Below are positions 48,090-56,465 of a stretch of 64,000 nucleotides of DNA, one piece after another. Within the stretch, counting starts at the first letter, position 1. The number at the start of each line of letters is the position of its first letter. The position numbers and the translations under genes were made by a program. The stretch covers positions 62,077 to 126,076 of the forward strand of contig JAZONE010000101.1 of the NCBI GenBank assembly GCA_045654325.1, given 5' to 3'. The DNA comes from Akkermansia sp. (lineage in GTDB: Bacteria; Verrucomicrobiota; Verrucomicrobiia; Verrucomicrobiales; Akkermansiaceae). The notes under the pieces were generated by a model. That model did no database searches. It had not been told where the DNA came from and saw only the letters and a program-made list of their open reading frames with translations.

Positions 48090-50699
48090 ATGGATAACCT
48101 CGATGAATACCAGAACAAGCGCAAGGCTGCGGAAGACCGCCGCCGCAAGCAGCGCAATGTGAAGGAAAAACCCGTCAAACACCGCACCCCCGGCAGCTGG
48201 TGGAAGCGTTTCCTGCTGCGTTGCTGTATCGTCATGGGCGTGGCTGCCATCACCCTCGGGCTCATCGGTTATGCTTTGTTCACCTCGGTCACGGCCAAGT
48301 ACCAGAAGTGGGCAGAGGAGTTCAACCTGGAGGATATCAACAACCTGGACCACCCCTGTATCATTTTCGACCGCAATGGCGAGGAAATCGGCCGTATCTA
48401 CGATGAAAACCGCAGTTACGTGCCCTTCGACAAGATTTCCCGCGCCATGATTGATGCCCTGGTGGCGCAGGAAGACAAGAGTTTCTGGACCCACAACGGT
48501 TTTGACCCGGTGGGTATCGCCCGCGCGGCCAAGGAAGCCGCCCCCGCCGGTGGCAATGCCAACCAGGGTGCCTCCACCATTACCCAGCAGCTGGCCCGCA
48601 ACGCCTATGACCTGGAGCAGCGCACGCTGGCTCGCGGTGGCAGCCGCTGGGAGCGCAAGATTGTGGAAATCTTCCTCGCGATGCGCATCGAGAAGAAGTA
48701 CGACAAGCGCCAGATTCTCGAGTTCTACATCAACCGCGTATACTTCGGCCGCGGTTTCTACGGTATCCGCGCGGCATCGCTCGGTTACTTCGGCAAGGAA
48801 CCTGCAGACCTCACCGTGCGCGAGGCCGCCAGTATTGCCGCACTCATCAAGAACCCGGAGAACTACAACCCCATCCGCAACCCCGAGCTGAACTGGAAGT
48901 GGCGCAACGACGTGATGGACCGCATGGTGCGCTCCGGCATGCTGACCCCCGGTGAGGCCGAGCGCCAGAAGAAGACCGACCTGGGGCTGAACCCGAAACC
49001 CATCACCCGCAACACCTCGTTCCTGCATGCGCTGGTGCAGAAGCAGGCTATTGATATTTTCCAGAACCCGGAGCACGGCGAGGAAATCCTCAAGAGCCGC
49101 GGTATCAAGATATACACCACCATCGATGCGCAGATGCAGCGCGCTGCCGAGCAGAGCCTGCGCAGCCAGCTGGAGAAACTGGAAGCCCGCGAGGACTACA
49201 CCCACGTGCGCTTTGCCGATAAGAAGGACCCGCGCTGCGCCCAGCACCGCTATGTGGACGGCGCCGTGTTTGTGGTGGATAACAGCACCGGTGCCGTGCT
49301 CACCTATGTGGGTGGCCGCAGTTTCGACCGTGATAATTTCGATATCATCGAGAGCGGTCGCCGCTCCGTGGGCACCGCCATGCTGCCTTTCCTCTACATG
49401 TGCGCGTTCGACAACGGCTATTCCCCCTGTTCCCGCCTGCTGGACGATGCGCTGGATAACCGCCTGGCCGGTATCGGCGGCACAGAGGGTATTCTCGGCG
49501 AATGGGGCATGGAAGTAGAGAAGGGGCGTTATCTCGATTCCGTCACCCTGCGCCAGAGTCTGGAGTGGTCGAAGATTGCCGCCAGCGCCCGACTGGGTAT
49601 TGCCCTGGGTTCGGATCCCGCTAGGGGAGCCCGCTGTTTCCGCACCACGCTGGAGGAAGTGGGTATCACCCCGCCGCCGCGCAACCCCGGCAGCACCGAG
49701 CTCAAGCCCCAGTACTATCCCCGTGTCTACCTCGGCACCGAACCGGTTTCTCTCAAGGAGGTGACCATGGCCTACACCGTGTTCCCGAACACCGGTAAGC
49801 GTCCCATCGCGCCCTACGTGGTCACGAAGATTACTGACAGCAACGGCAAGATTCTCTGGGAGAACCCGCTCTCTGTCACCCACCGCATGGTGCGCAGTAC
49901 TTCGCCTTGTACCGCCTACCGTCTGCATTCCATCATGCGCGAATCCCTGGAGACCGGCTCTGCCCAGCGTGTGCGTCCGCTCCTGCCCGAAAACTTCGGC
50001 GGCGCGGTGAAAACCGGCACCAACTACGATTTCTCGGACAACGCCATCTTCGGCTACACCAGCGAGTTCACCTGCGGCATCTGGATGGGCTACCTGAATG
50101 ACCACCAGCCCATTTACCCCATGGCCTTCGGTTCTGATACCTGCGGCCCGGTGCTGGCTGCTGTGCTGGAGTCCGCCAAGGGCCGCTTCGAGGACAAGCC
50201 CATTCCGCTGCCCCCCGATACCGAGGAGGTGGAAATCTGCCTCTCCTCCGGCCAGATTGCCACGAACTTCTGCTTCGAATCCGTCATGAAGGACGGCAAG
50301 CCCGGCTACGTGCGCCCCACTTACCGCGAGTATATCCCCAAGGGCGATGTCACCCTCGGCCAGTGCTCGATTCATGGCGACGGCAGCCCCTCGCTCATGG
50401 ATTTCATGGAGACCCAGCCCGGCCACATGAACTCCTCCCGCGTGCTGCCCATTGTGCCTGTGCTGCCGCGCAGCTCCGCCCTCATCGGCGATGACCCCTA
50501 CGACTGCGACCTCACCCTCAATCCCCGCTATCGCGATGCCGGCGACCTGGCCGATGCTGCTGCCAACACCGCCGAGGAAGTATCTCCGGTGGATGATGAA
50601 GCACCGGAGGAGGTGGATGGCCCCGCCATCGATACCGACCTGCAGATTAACGCCCCGCGTCCGCTCCGTCATCTTCCCCTCGTCCCTTTGCAAATCTAA
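48090..50699 (+). CDS. Class A penicillin-binding protein (GT51 transglycosylase plus transpeptidase-fold domain)
   Basis: QEDKSFWTHNG, GASTITQQLARN, RKIVE, ILEFYINRVYFG and KTGT. SxxK and SxN positions are degenerate. Confidence 0.9.
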   Translation: MDNLDEYQNKRKAAEDRRRKQRNVKEKPVKHRTPGSWWKRFLLRCCIVMGVAAITLGLIGYALFTSVTAKYQKWAEEFNLEDINNLDHPCIIFDRNGEEIGRIYDENRSYVPFDKISRAMIDALVAQEDKSFWTHNGFDPVGIARAAKEAAPAGGNANQGASTITQQLARNAYDLEQRTLARGGSRWERKIVEIFLAMRIEKKYDKRQILEFYINRVYFGRGFYGIRAASLGYFGKEPADLTVREAASIAALIKNPENYNPIRNPELNWKWRNDVMDRMVRSGMLTPGEAERQKKTDLGLNPKPITRNTSFLHALVQKQAIDIFQNPEHGEEILKSRGIKIYTTIDAQMQRAAEQSLRSQLEKLEAREDYTHVRFADKKDPRCAQHRYVDGAVFVVDNSTGAVLTYVGGRSFDRDNFDIIESGRRSVGTAMLPFLYMCAFDNGYSPCSRLLDDALDNRLAGIGGTEGILGEWGMEVEKGRYLDSVTLRQSLEWSKIAASARLGIALGSDPARGARCFRTTLEEVGITPPPRNPGSTELKPQYYPRVYLGTEPVSLKEVTMAYTVFPNTGKRPIAPYVVTKITDSNGKILWENPLSVTHRMVRSTSPCTAYRLHSIMRESLETGSAQRVRPLLPENFGGAVKTGTNYDFSDNAIFGYTSEFTCGIWMGYLNDHQPIYPMAFGSDTCGPVLAAVLESAKGRFEDKPIPLPPDTEEVEICLSSGQIATNFCFESVMKDGKPGYVRPTYREYIPKGDVTLGQCSIHGDGSPSLMDFMETQPGHMNSSRVLPIVPVLPRSSALIGDDPYDCDLTLNPRYRDAGDLADAAANTAEEVSPVDDEAPEEVDGPAIDTDLQINAPRPLRHLPLVPLQI

Positions 50700-50720
50700 C
50701 ACCCCGACGTCTCACCGCTC

Positions 50721-52127
50721 ATGGATTCCCTTTCACATACCCTGGCCGCTACTCAGGATAAAGCCTTCGAAATCAATTTGGATAAAGGGGTATACGGCTC
50801 CTTTGCCGAAATCGGTGCCGGGCAGGAGACCGCCAACTGGTTCTTCCGCTCCTCCGGCGCTGCCGGCACCGTGGCCAAGACCATCTCTGCCTATGATATG
50901 ACCGTGAGCGATACGCTCTACGGCCAGGCTCGCCGCTATGTGTCGGAGGAACGTCTCAAGCAGATGATGGACTACGAGTACAACCAGCTCGTGGCTCGCC
51001 TGGGCGAGAAACGCGGCAAGGATACCTGCTTCTTCGCCTTCTGCAACACCGTGAAATGCAAGGGCTACCGCGACAACGGCCCCTGGTCTGCGTGGATTGG
51101 TGTGCGTTTCCAGCTCAAGCCGGAACTGCCGCCCAGCGATTTCGTGATGCACGTGCGCCTGCTCGTGCCCGACCACGATGTGCAGATGCGTATCCTCGGT
51201 ATTCTGGGCGTGAACCTGCTCTACGCCCTCTTCTACAAGCTCGACACCATGGACCTCTTCGTGAAGAGTGTGGGCGACAACGTGGACCGCGCCTTCTACG
51301 AAATCGACTTCATGCGCTTCTCCGGCCACAATTTCGGCATGTTCGATAACCGCCTCCTCGCGCTCGAGCTCGTGCGCTGCGGCCTGGCAGAATCCGCCAT
51401 GCTCTGCCCGGACGGCACCGTGGCCCAGCCGGCAGATTTCCTCTACAAGCGCCCCATCGTGCTCATGCGCGGCAGCTTCCGCCCGCTCTGCAGCATTCAC
51501 CTGGAGATGATGGACGCCGTGCGCGCCAAGTTCCTGGAAAGCCTGCCTGAGTCGCAGCACGACCGCGTGGTCGATATCTGCGAAATCTCCCTGCGCAACC
51601 TCCTGCGCGGGGACAATGTGGACATGCTCGAGTTCCTCGACCGCGTGGATGCGCTGGCCGCTCAGGGCAAGACGGTGATGGTGACCAACCTGGCGCGCTT
51701 CCACCGCATCTCGCACCTGCTGAGCCAGTACACCAAAGAACCCGTCGCCATTGCGCTTTCCATCGGCCTGCTCAACGAAATCTTCAAGGACAAATGGGCA
51801 GAGGACACCCCCGGCGGCATCCTGGCCACCATGGGCCACATCTTCGTGAACAAGACCAAGTTCTATGTCACCCCGTGGATTAACCGCTCCACCGGCGAGT
51901 TCGTGACCGCCGGCACCTACCGCGCCCCGGAGAAATACCACTACCTCTACCGCCACCTGCGCGAGACAGGCAGCATCATCGAAGTACCCTACTTCAACCA
52001 GAAGCTCCTCTTCCAGACCCCGCGGGATATCATCCGCATGATTCAGACCGGCGATGACCAGTGGCGCGACTACGTGCCCGAATCCGCCTGCCGCATGGTG
52101 GAACACATCAAGGAGGAGGTGAAGTGA
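50721..52127 (+). CDS. Conserved uncharacterised protein: CinA/PncC-like N-terminal half plus HIGH-like nucleotidyltransferase-fold half
   Basis: YGSFAEIGAGQE..GAAGTVAKTISAYDM..RYVS in the N-terminal half; VLMRGSFRPLCSIH in the C-terminal half. No signal peptide. Confidence 0.65.
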   Translation: MDSLSHTLAATQDKAFEINLDKGVYGSFAEIGAGQETANWFFRSSGAAGTVAKTISAYDMTVSDTLYGQARRYVSEERLKQMMDYEYNQLVARLGEKRGKDTCFFAFCNTVKCKGYRDNGPWSAWIGVRFQLKPELPPSDFVMHVRLLVPDHDVQMRILGILGVNLLYALFYKLDTMDLFVKSVGDNVDRAFYEIDFMRFSGHNFGMFDNRLLALELVRCGLAESAMLCPDGTVAQPADFLYKRPIVLMRGSFRPLCSIHLEMMDAVRAKFLESLPESQHDRVVDICEISLRNLLRGDNVDMLEFLDRVDALAAQGKTVMVTNLARFHRISHLLSQYTKEPVAIALSIGLLNEIFKDKWAEDTPGGILATMGHIFVNKTKFYVTPWINRSTGEFVTAGTYRAPEKYHYLYRHLRETGSIIEVPYFNQKLLFQTPRDIIRMIQTGDDQWRDYVPESACRMVEHIKEEVK

Positions 52128-53338
52128 TGGACCACCGCGCCGAATTCCCCATTCTCGCCACCCGCATCGGCAAGCGCCCGCTGGTGTATCTGGACAACGC
52201 CGCCACCACGCACAAACCCACCTGCGTGCTCGAAGCCGCCCGCCGCTACTACGAGCAGCAGAACTCGAATATTCACCGCGGCGCTCACTACCTCAGCCGC
52301 CTGGCCACCGAGGAGCATGAGGCCGCCCGCGAAACCGTCGCCGCCTTCCTCGGCGCCGCGTCGGCACGCGAACTCATCTTCACCAGCGGCTGCACCGCCG
52401 GCATCAACCTCGTGGCGCAGACCCTCGCGCTCTCCGGCCTTATCAGCGCCGGCCATGAGATAATCGTCACCACCGATGCGCACCACTCCAACATCGTTCC
52501 CTGGCAGATGCTCTGCGGCCGCACCGGCGCAGTGCTGCGCCCCGTGCCGCTCACCGCAGAGCTGCTGTTCGATATGGAGGCCTACCACCGCCTCCTCACC
52601 CCGCGCACCAAGGTCGTGGCCGTACCCTATATCTCGAATGCCCTCGGCGCCATCAACCCCGTGCAGCAGATTATCGCCGATGCGAAGCGCAACAACCCCG
52701 CCACCCTCGTGCTGGTGGACGGCGCCCAGAGCACCGCGCATCTCCCGGTGAATGTGCAGGAGCTCGGCTGCGATTTCTACGCTTTCTCCGGCCACAAGGT
52801 CTACGCCCCCACCGGCACCGGCGCGCTCTGGGGCAGGGAGGAGATTCTCGAGCTGCTGCCCCCCTGGCTCGGCGGCGGCGAGATGATCAGCGAAGTCACC
52901 TTCGAGCAGACCACCTACAACACGCTCCCCTTTAAATACGAAGCCGGCACCCCCAACATCGGCGGCAACATCGTCCTCGCCGCCGCCCTGCGCTATGTGC
53001 AGGAAATCGGACTCCCCGCTATCGATGCCCATGAACAGGCCCTCACCAACAGCCTGTACGATGGCCTCCAGTCCCTCGGTGTGAACATCCTCGGCACCCG
53101 CGAAAACCGCGGCGCCCTCATCTCCATCACCATCCCCGGCGTCCACCACTACGACCTCGGCACTCTGCTGGACCAGATGGGCATCGCCGTCCGCACCGGC
53201 CACCACTGTTGCCAGCCCTTCATGCAATCCCTCGGCATCACCGGCACCACCCGCTACTCCTTCGCCCTCTACAATACCCAGGACGACGTAGCCGCCGCCC
53301 TCTCCGCCACCGAGCGAGCCCTCGATATGCTGCGCTAA
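52127..53338 (+). CDS. sufS: SufS-type cysteine desulfurase
   Basis: YLDNAATT, HHSNIVPWQ, FSGHK, EAGTP and RTGHHC; TGATG overlap with the upstream gene. Confidence 0.93.
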   Translation: MDHRAEFPILATRIGKRPLVYLDNAATTHKPTCVLEAARRYYEQQNSNIHRGAHYLSRLATEEHEAARETVAAFLGAASARELIFTSGCTAGINLVAQTLALSGLISAGHEIIVTTDAHHSNIVPWQMLCGRTGAVLRPVPLTAELLFDMEAYHRLLTPRTKVVAVPYISNALGAINPVQQIIADAKRNNPATLVLVDGAQSTAHLPVNVQELGCDFYAFSGHKVYAPTGTGALWGREEILELLPPWLGGGEMISEVTFEQTTYNTLPFKYEAGTPNIGGNIVLAAALRYVQEIGLPAIDAHEQALTNSLYDGLQSLGVNILGTRENRGALISITIPGVHHYDLGTLLDQMGIAVRTGHHCCQPFMQSLGITGTTRYSFALYNTQDDVAAALSATERALDMLR

Positions 53339-53369
53339 ATCCGACCACCGGGAGGATATCGCTCGCCAA

Positions 53370-53400
53370 GCCGTAGCTATTGCCAAATAGCGTAGGCTGG
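53370..53400 (+). repeat. REP-like hairpin with a GTA/GTA internal loop
   Basis: GCC-GTA-GCTATT-gcca-AATAGC-GTA-GGC, flanked on both sides by GATATCG. Confidence 0.55.
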
Positions 53401-53495
53401 CCAAGATATCGTTTATACCGGAGCAGGGGGCATGACTGCTCCGTCCTGCAGAATCGCTGGCTCAGAGGTCACTTAATATACCGCAGTATCGGCTT

Positions 53496-54149
53496 CTACC
53501 TTGGGGTTACCTTGATGATGGCATCGGGAGCCAGGTCACTGATTTCCTCTGCCAATTTATCCAGCAATGCAGCGTTGGCGAAATGAGAAAGTGGTGTGCC
53601 GATGCTCGTAGTCCTCTGAAAAATAGGTCTGATGAGGTGCTGTAACTCATGAGGTATCACCATCCATTTGTAAGGACGTGATTCTTTCACAAATACGTTG
53701 CCGGCTGCATCCATTGACTTTTCATGAACCTTTCTGCTTTTTAGCTCCATGGCTTTTACATGTGGCACACCTTCTGCATCGTAACTGTATATAACGATAA
53801 AATCGCTATCCTTGCACACAAAGGCATTCATGAGTACCAATCCCGGGGCTTGTTTGAATCCACGGGCTTTGATTCCCTTTAGCTTCAATTTGTCCTCGAG
53901 GAGAGTCTTGGGCCGCATCACATTCACATGCCCGTTATTGTAACAGAAGAGCAGACGCGAGGGCTTGTTGAAGTAATATTGGGGGATTGGAATATCAAAC
54001 AGGATATCCTCCCAGTCGCGCTCTCTTGTATCCTTTGCAACTGATGCGTCACGGTAGAGAACGATACGGCGTGTAGACCCCGGTTTGGTCACTACATCAT
54101 GCTGGCGTTTTGCGTAAACCGCCAGCGAATGTTCAAGGGTGGGCTTCAT
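53496..54149 (-). CDS. Hypothetical protein (island cargo)
   Basis: 217 aa ATG ORF starting 6 bp after the upstream stop; no family recognised with confidence. Confidence 0.7.
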   Translation of the reverse strand: MKPTLEHSLAVYAKRQHDVVTKPGSTRRIVLYRDASVAKDTRERDWEDILFDIPIPQYYFNKPSRLLFCYNNGHVNVMRPKTLLEDKLKLKGIKARGFKQAPGLVLMNAFVCKDSDFIVIYSYDAEGVPHVKAMELKSRKVHEKSMDAAGNVFVKESRPYKWMVIPHELQHLIRPIFQRTTSIGTPLSHFANAALLDKLAEEISDLAPDAIIKVTPR

Positions 54150-54155
54150 GGAGTA

Positions 54156-55958
54156 TCAGTGTCTGGTGAGTTGAGAGAATAAATTTTTAATCCGTTGAAT
54201 GAAGCGGCAGCAGATGCAGCCAGCAACAGGGGCAGGGGGTGTGTCCGAAAACTCGATATCATGTTGCTCGCTCTCTACCTTCTCATGGCCGCTGGATTCA
54301 GTTTTTGCACAGATGACTTCAGGTTCTCCGACAATATGGGGTATTTCTATTTTATCCGACTCTTCATCGCAACCGTGTGATTCAGTAGAGGCTTTTGGGA
54401 CAGCTGTTATCGCAATGCGTATTTTCGAGACAGATTCGTTCCCGTGTAGCCATGCGTAGTATTTCGGCCCCTCGACAGACCGGGTTAAATCTACCATATG
54501 CGTTTCGCATGCCGTCGTATCACTGCCACTACGTTCCGTCTGTTCGATTATCGGTTCTTCAGTTGTTAAAGCTGCATTGTCTGCAGATTGTGACTGTCCG
54601 TTAGCCCTTGCATCATCGATTTCATTTTGTGTTGCCGAGTTCTCTGTTGGCTTGGTGGGCGTTGGCACAGTGTCACACTCCTTTCGTGCCTGCTGATTAT
54701 GCTTACCTGCGCGACTTGTTCCTGCATCACCTGCACGTGAGCGCTTATCGACTTTCAAATCAACGTCCCCAGCCCCGCCTTCCTCATTGAAGACTTGATC
54801 AAGTAACATAGCCAGCATTGTCTGGGCATCTGAATTGCCTCTTTCCGCTGCTTGTTTAATAAACTTCAGAGCTTTTGCTAAATATAGCTTTCCTAATGCC
54901 GCGATTGCACCCTGGTGCTCCATGTTAGCTGCACGTATAAAAAACTTCCTGGCTTCGCTTTTGTGCCCATTCTCTGCAGCTGATTTGCCTTGTTGATACA
55001 AATTTTCGGCTTCGTCAGTAATAGCTTTTTCCTGTTTTGTTTCTTGTGGAGCCTTGACTGCTTCTATCGGGCTTGGCTGCCTTTGTTGAGCGTGCTCCTT
55101 TACCTTGTGGAATGAGGGAAAGGTCGCAACCGGAACTTTTTTGTTTTCATTGTGCACCGGTATCCCTGGTGCTACTTTAGGAGTATCGGTTGAACTGGGT
55201 TGATTTGTCTGGTCTAGAGCAGATGTCTGAAATCCCTCTATACGGGGCTCTTGCTGTGTTTCGCATTTTTGCGATTTCTCCTCGGTCTCTGTTAAAAGTT
55301 GTTGCAATGCGTTTATGCAAGGCGTCGGAGTAGGGGGATTTCTGTCAATCAACACCAGGTTGCCTTCGTTGTCATAGTCTTGAACTTCTAACTTCAACTC
55401 TTGAAGTTTTTGGTATAGTGTACTATTGGTTTCTTTAAGATAGTGATTTTTACCTATTTGCTTATCGCGAACAGCGTAACGGCCATTTTGGTAATTGTGT
55501 ACTTCAAACTCGTATTCCTTCCCTTTTATAAATATTTCATCCAATCGCTCTATGATAGAACTCTCAAATTTTAGTTGTCCTTTAACAATTTTATCAATGC
55601 GTAAGTAAACTTCTTTACCAATCTCAAAACATGTACAATCACAGTAGTGATAATGTTTATCTCCATGTTTATCTTTGACTGTATACTTTGTCTGCTGTGT
55701 GCCATCTGGGTTCGTGTCAGATATACAGCTGCTAATTGTAAAGGCATATACCTCGCCCTCTTGGTAATATTGACGCAGTCGAACCTCCTTCATAGAATTT
55801 TGATGCATTATGGCATCTTCTTGGCTCTTTTTTGAAGAATCTTTCTGCCCCACAATACGCAGTCCCCGAGGGCTCCGGATTGTTTCAGGGGCTTTCACTT
55901 CACGACGAGTTTTCATAGCAACAGATTTCCTCATATTCATATTAGAAACCAGGCGCAT
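54156..55958 (-). CDS. Hypothetical protein with tandem OB/S1-like repeats and a SEL1-like repeat (island cargo; 5' end possibly frameshifted)
   Basis: YQEGEVYAFTI..FEIGKEVYLRI and IKGKEYEFEV..LKLEV repeats; EARKFFIRAANMEH..ALKFIKQAAERGNSDAQTMLA SEL1-like motif. Confidence 0.7.
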   Translation of the reverse strand: MRLVSNMNMRKSVAMKTRREVKAPETIRSPRGLRIVGQKDSSKKSQEDAIMHQNSMKEVRLRQYYQEGEVYAFTISSCISDTNPDGTQQTKYTVKDKHGDKHYHYCDCTCFEIGKEVYLRIDKIVKGQLKFESSIIERLDEIFIKGKEYEFEVHNYQNGRYAVRDKQIGKNHYLKETNSTLYQKLQELKLEVQDYDNEGNLVLIDRNPPTPTPCINALQQLLTETEEKSQKCETQQEPRIEGFQTSALDQTNQPSSTDTPKVAPGIPVHNENKKVPVATFPSFHKVKEHAQQRQPSPIEAVKAPQETKQEKAITDEAENLYQQGKSAAENGHKSEARKFFIRAANMEHQGAIAALGKLYLAKALKFIKQAAERGNSDAQTMLAMLLDQVFNEEGGAGDVDLKVDKRSRAGDAGTSRAGKHNQQARKECDTVPTPTKPTENSATQNEIDDARANGQSQSADNAALTTEEPIIEQTERSGSDTTACETHMVDLTRSVEGPKYYAWLHGNESVSKIRIAITAVPKASTESHGCDEESDKIEIPHIVGEPEVICAKTESSGHEKVESEQHDIEFSDTPPAPVAGCICCRFIQRIKNLFSQLTRH

Positions 55959-56059
55959 GCTTTAGCGTAATCTCTGTTTTTCATGCACGCATTACCGTGG
56001 AGTAATGCTTCTCTCGCTATTGCGTTTTCGGGTTCTCTTGTTCGGTGTTTAGTTACCAT
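55937..56059 (-). pseudogene. 40-codon TPR/SEL1-like ORF, probably the separated N-terminus of the 600-aa gene
   Basis: Manual translation MVTKHRTREPENAIAREALLHGNACMKNRDYAKACAWFLI*, preceded by TTGACT-N16-TACCAT at 56105-56132 (minus strand). Confidence 0.45.
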
Positions 56060-56465
56060 GGGTAGAAGTAAAATAGGATGAAAAAGATGAGAAATGCTTA
56101 CGTTATGGTATCAAAAAGCGATTTAAAGTCAAGCGAGATGTAGTAAAAAGGACGTTAGGCCGCGATTTTTGGCGCTTTAATAACCAGACAATGGGAAAAT
56201 CTTCTCCTTGTTTGTGGAACGAGCTTAACGAGTGCATTTTATCAATCAAATCCTAGTAGCTTGCTGCTTTGAAATACCTCATATTCGCAGTTGAGATGGA
56301 GTTGCACTTCTTCTCAGCGCATCCAATCTTAGAGCTTTCTATGGTATTGGATGATCCTCGCATATACGGTTAGATGTTGAGCTGAGTATCCCCAATAAAG
56401 TAGAACTAGCCAAGAATTGGCATTATGGGACTAATTGATGGAAAAAAGAGGTAAATCAAATTCAA

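Noticed and set aside
48084-53404. 872-, 457- and 444-aa antisense ORFs over the PBP, the conserved protein and sufS
   Set aside because: Shadow ORFs in the most codon-biased part of the window.
56355-56383. Weak dif-like sequence (CGCATA...ATGTT)
   Set aside because: Only about half of each Xer arm matches and the conserved TTATGTTAAA arm is not present, so this is likely chance.
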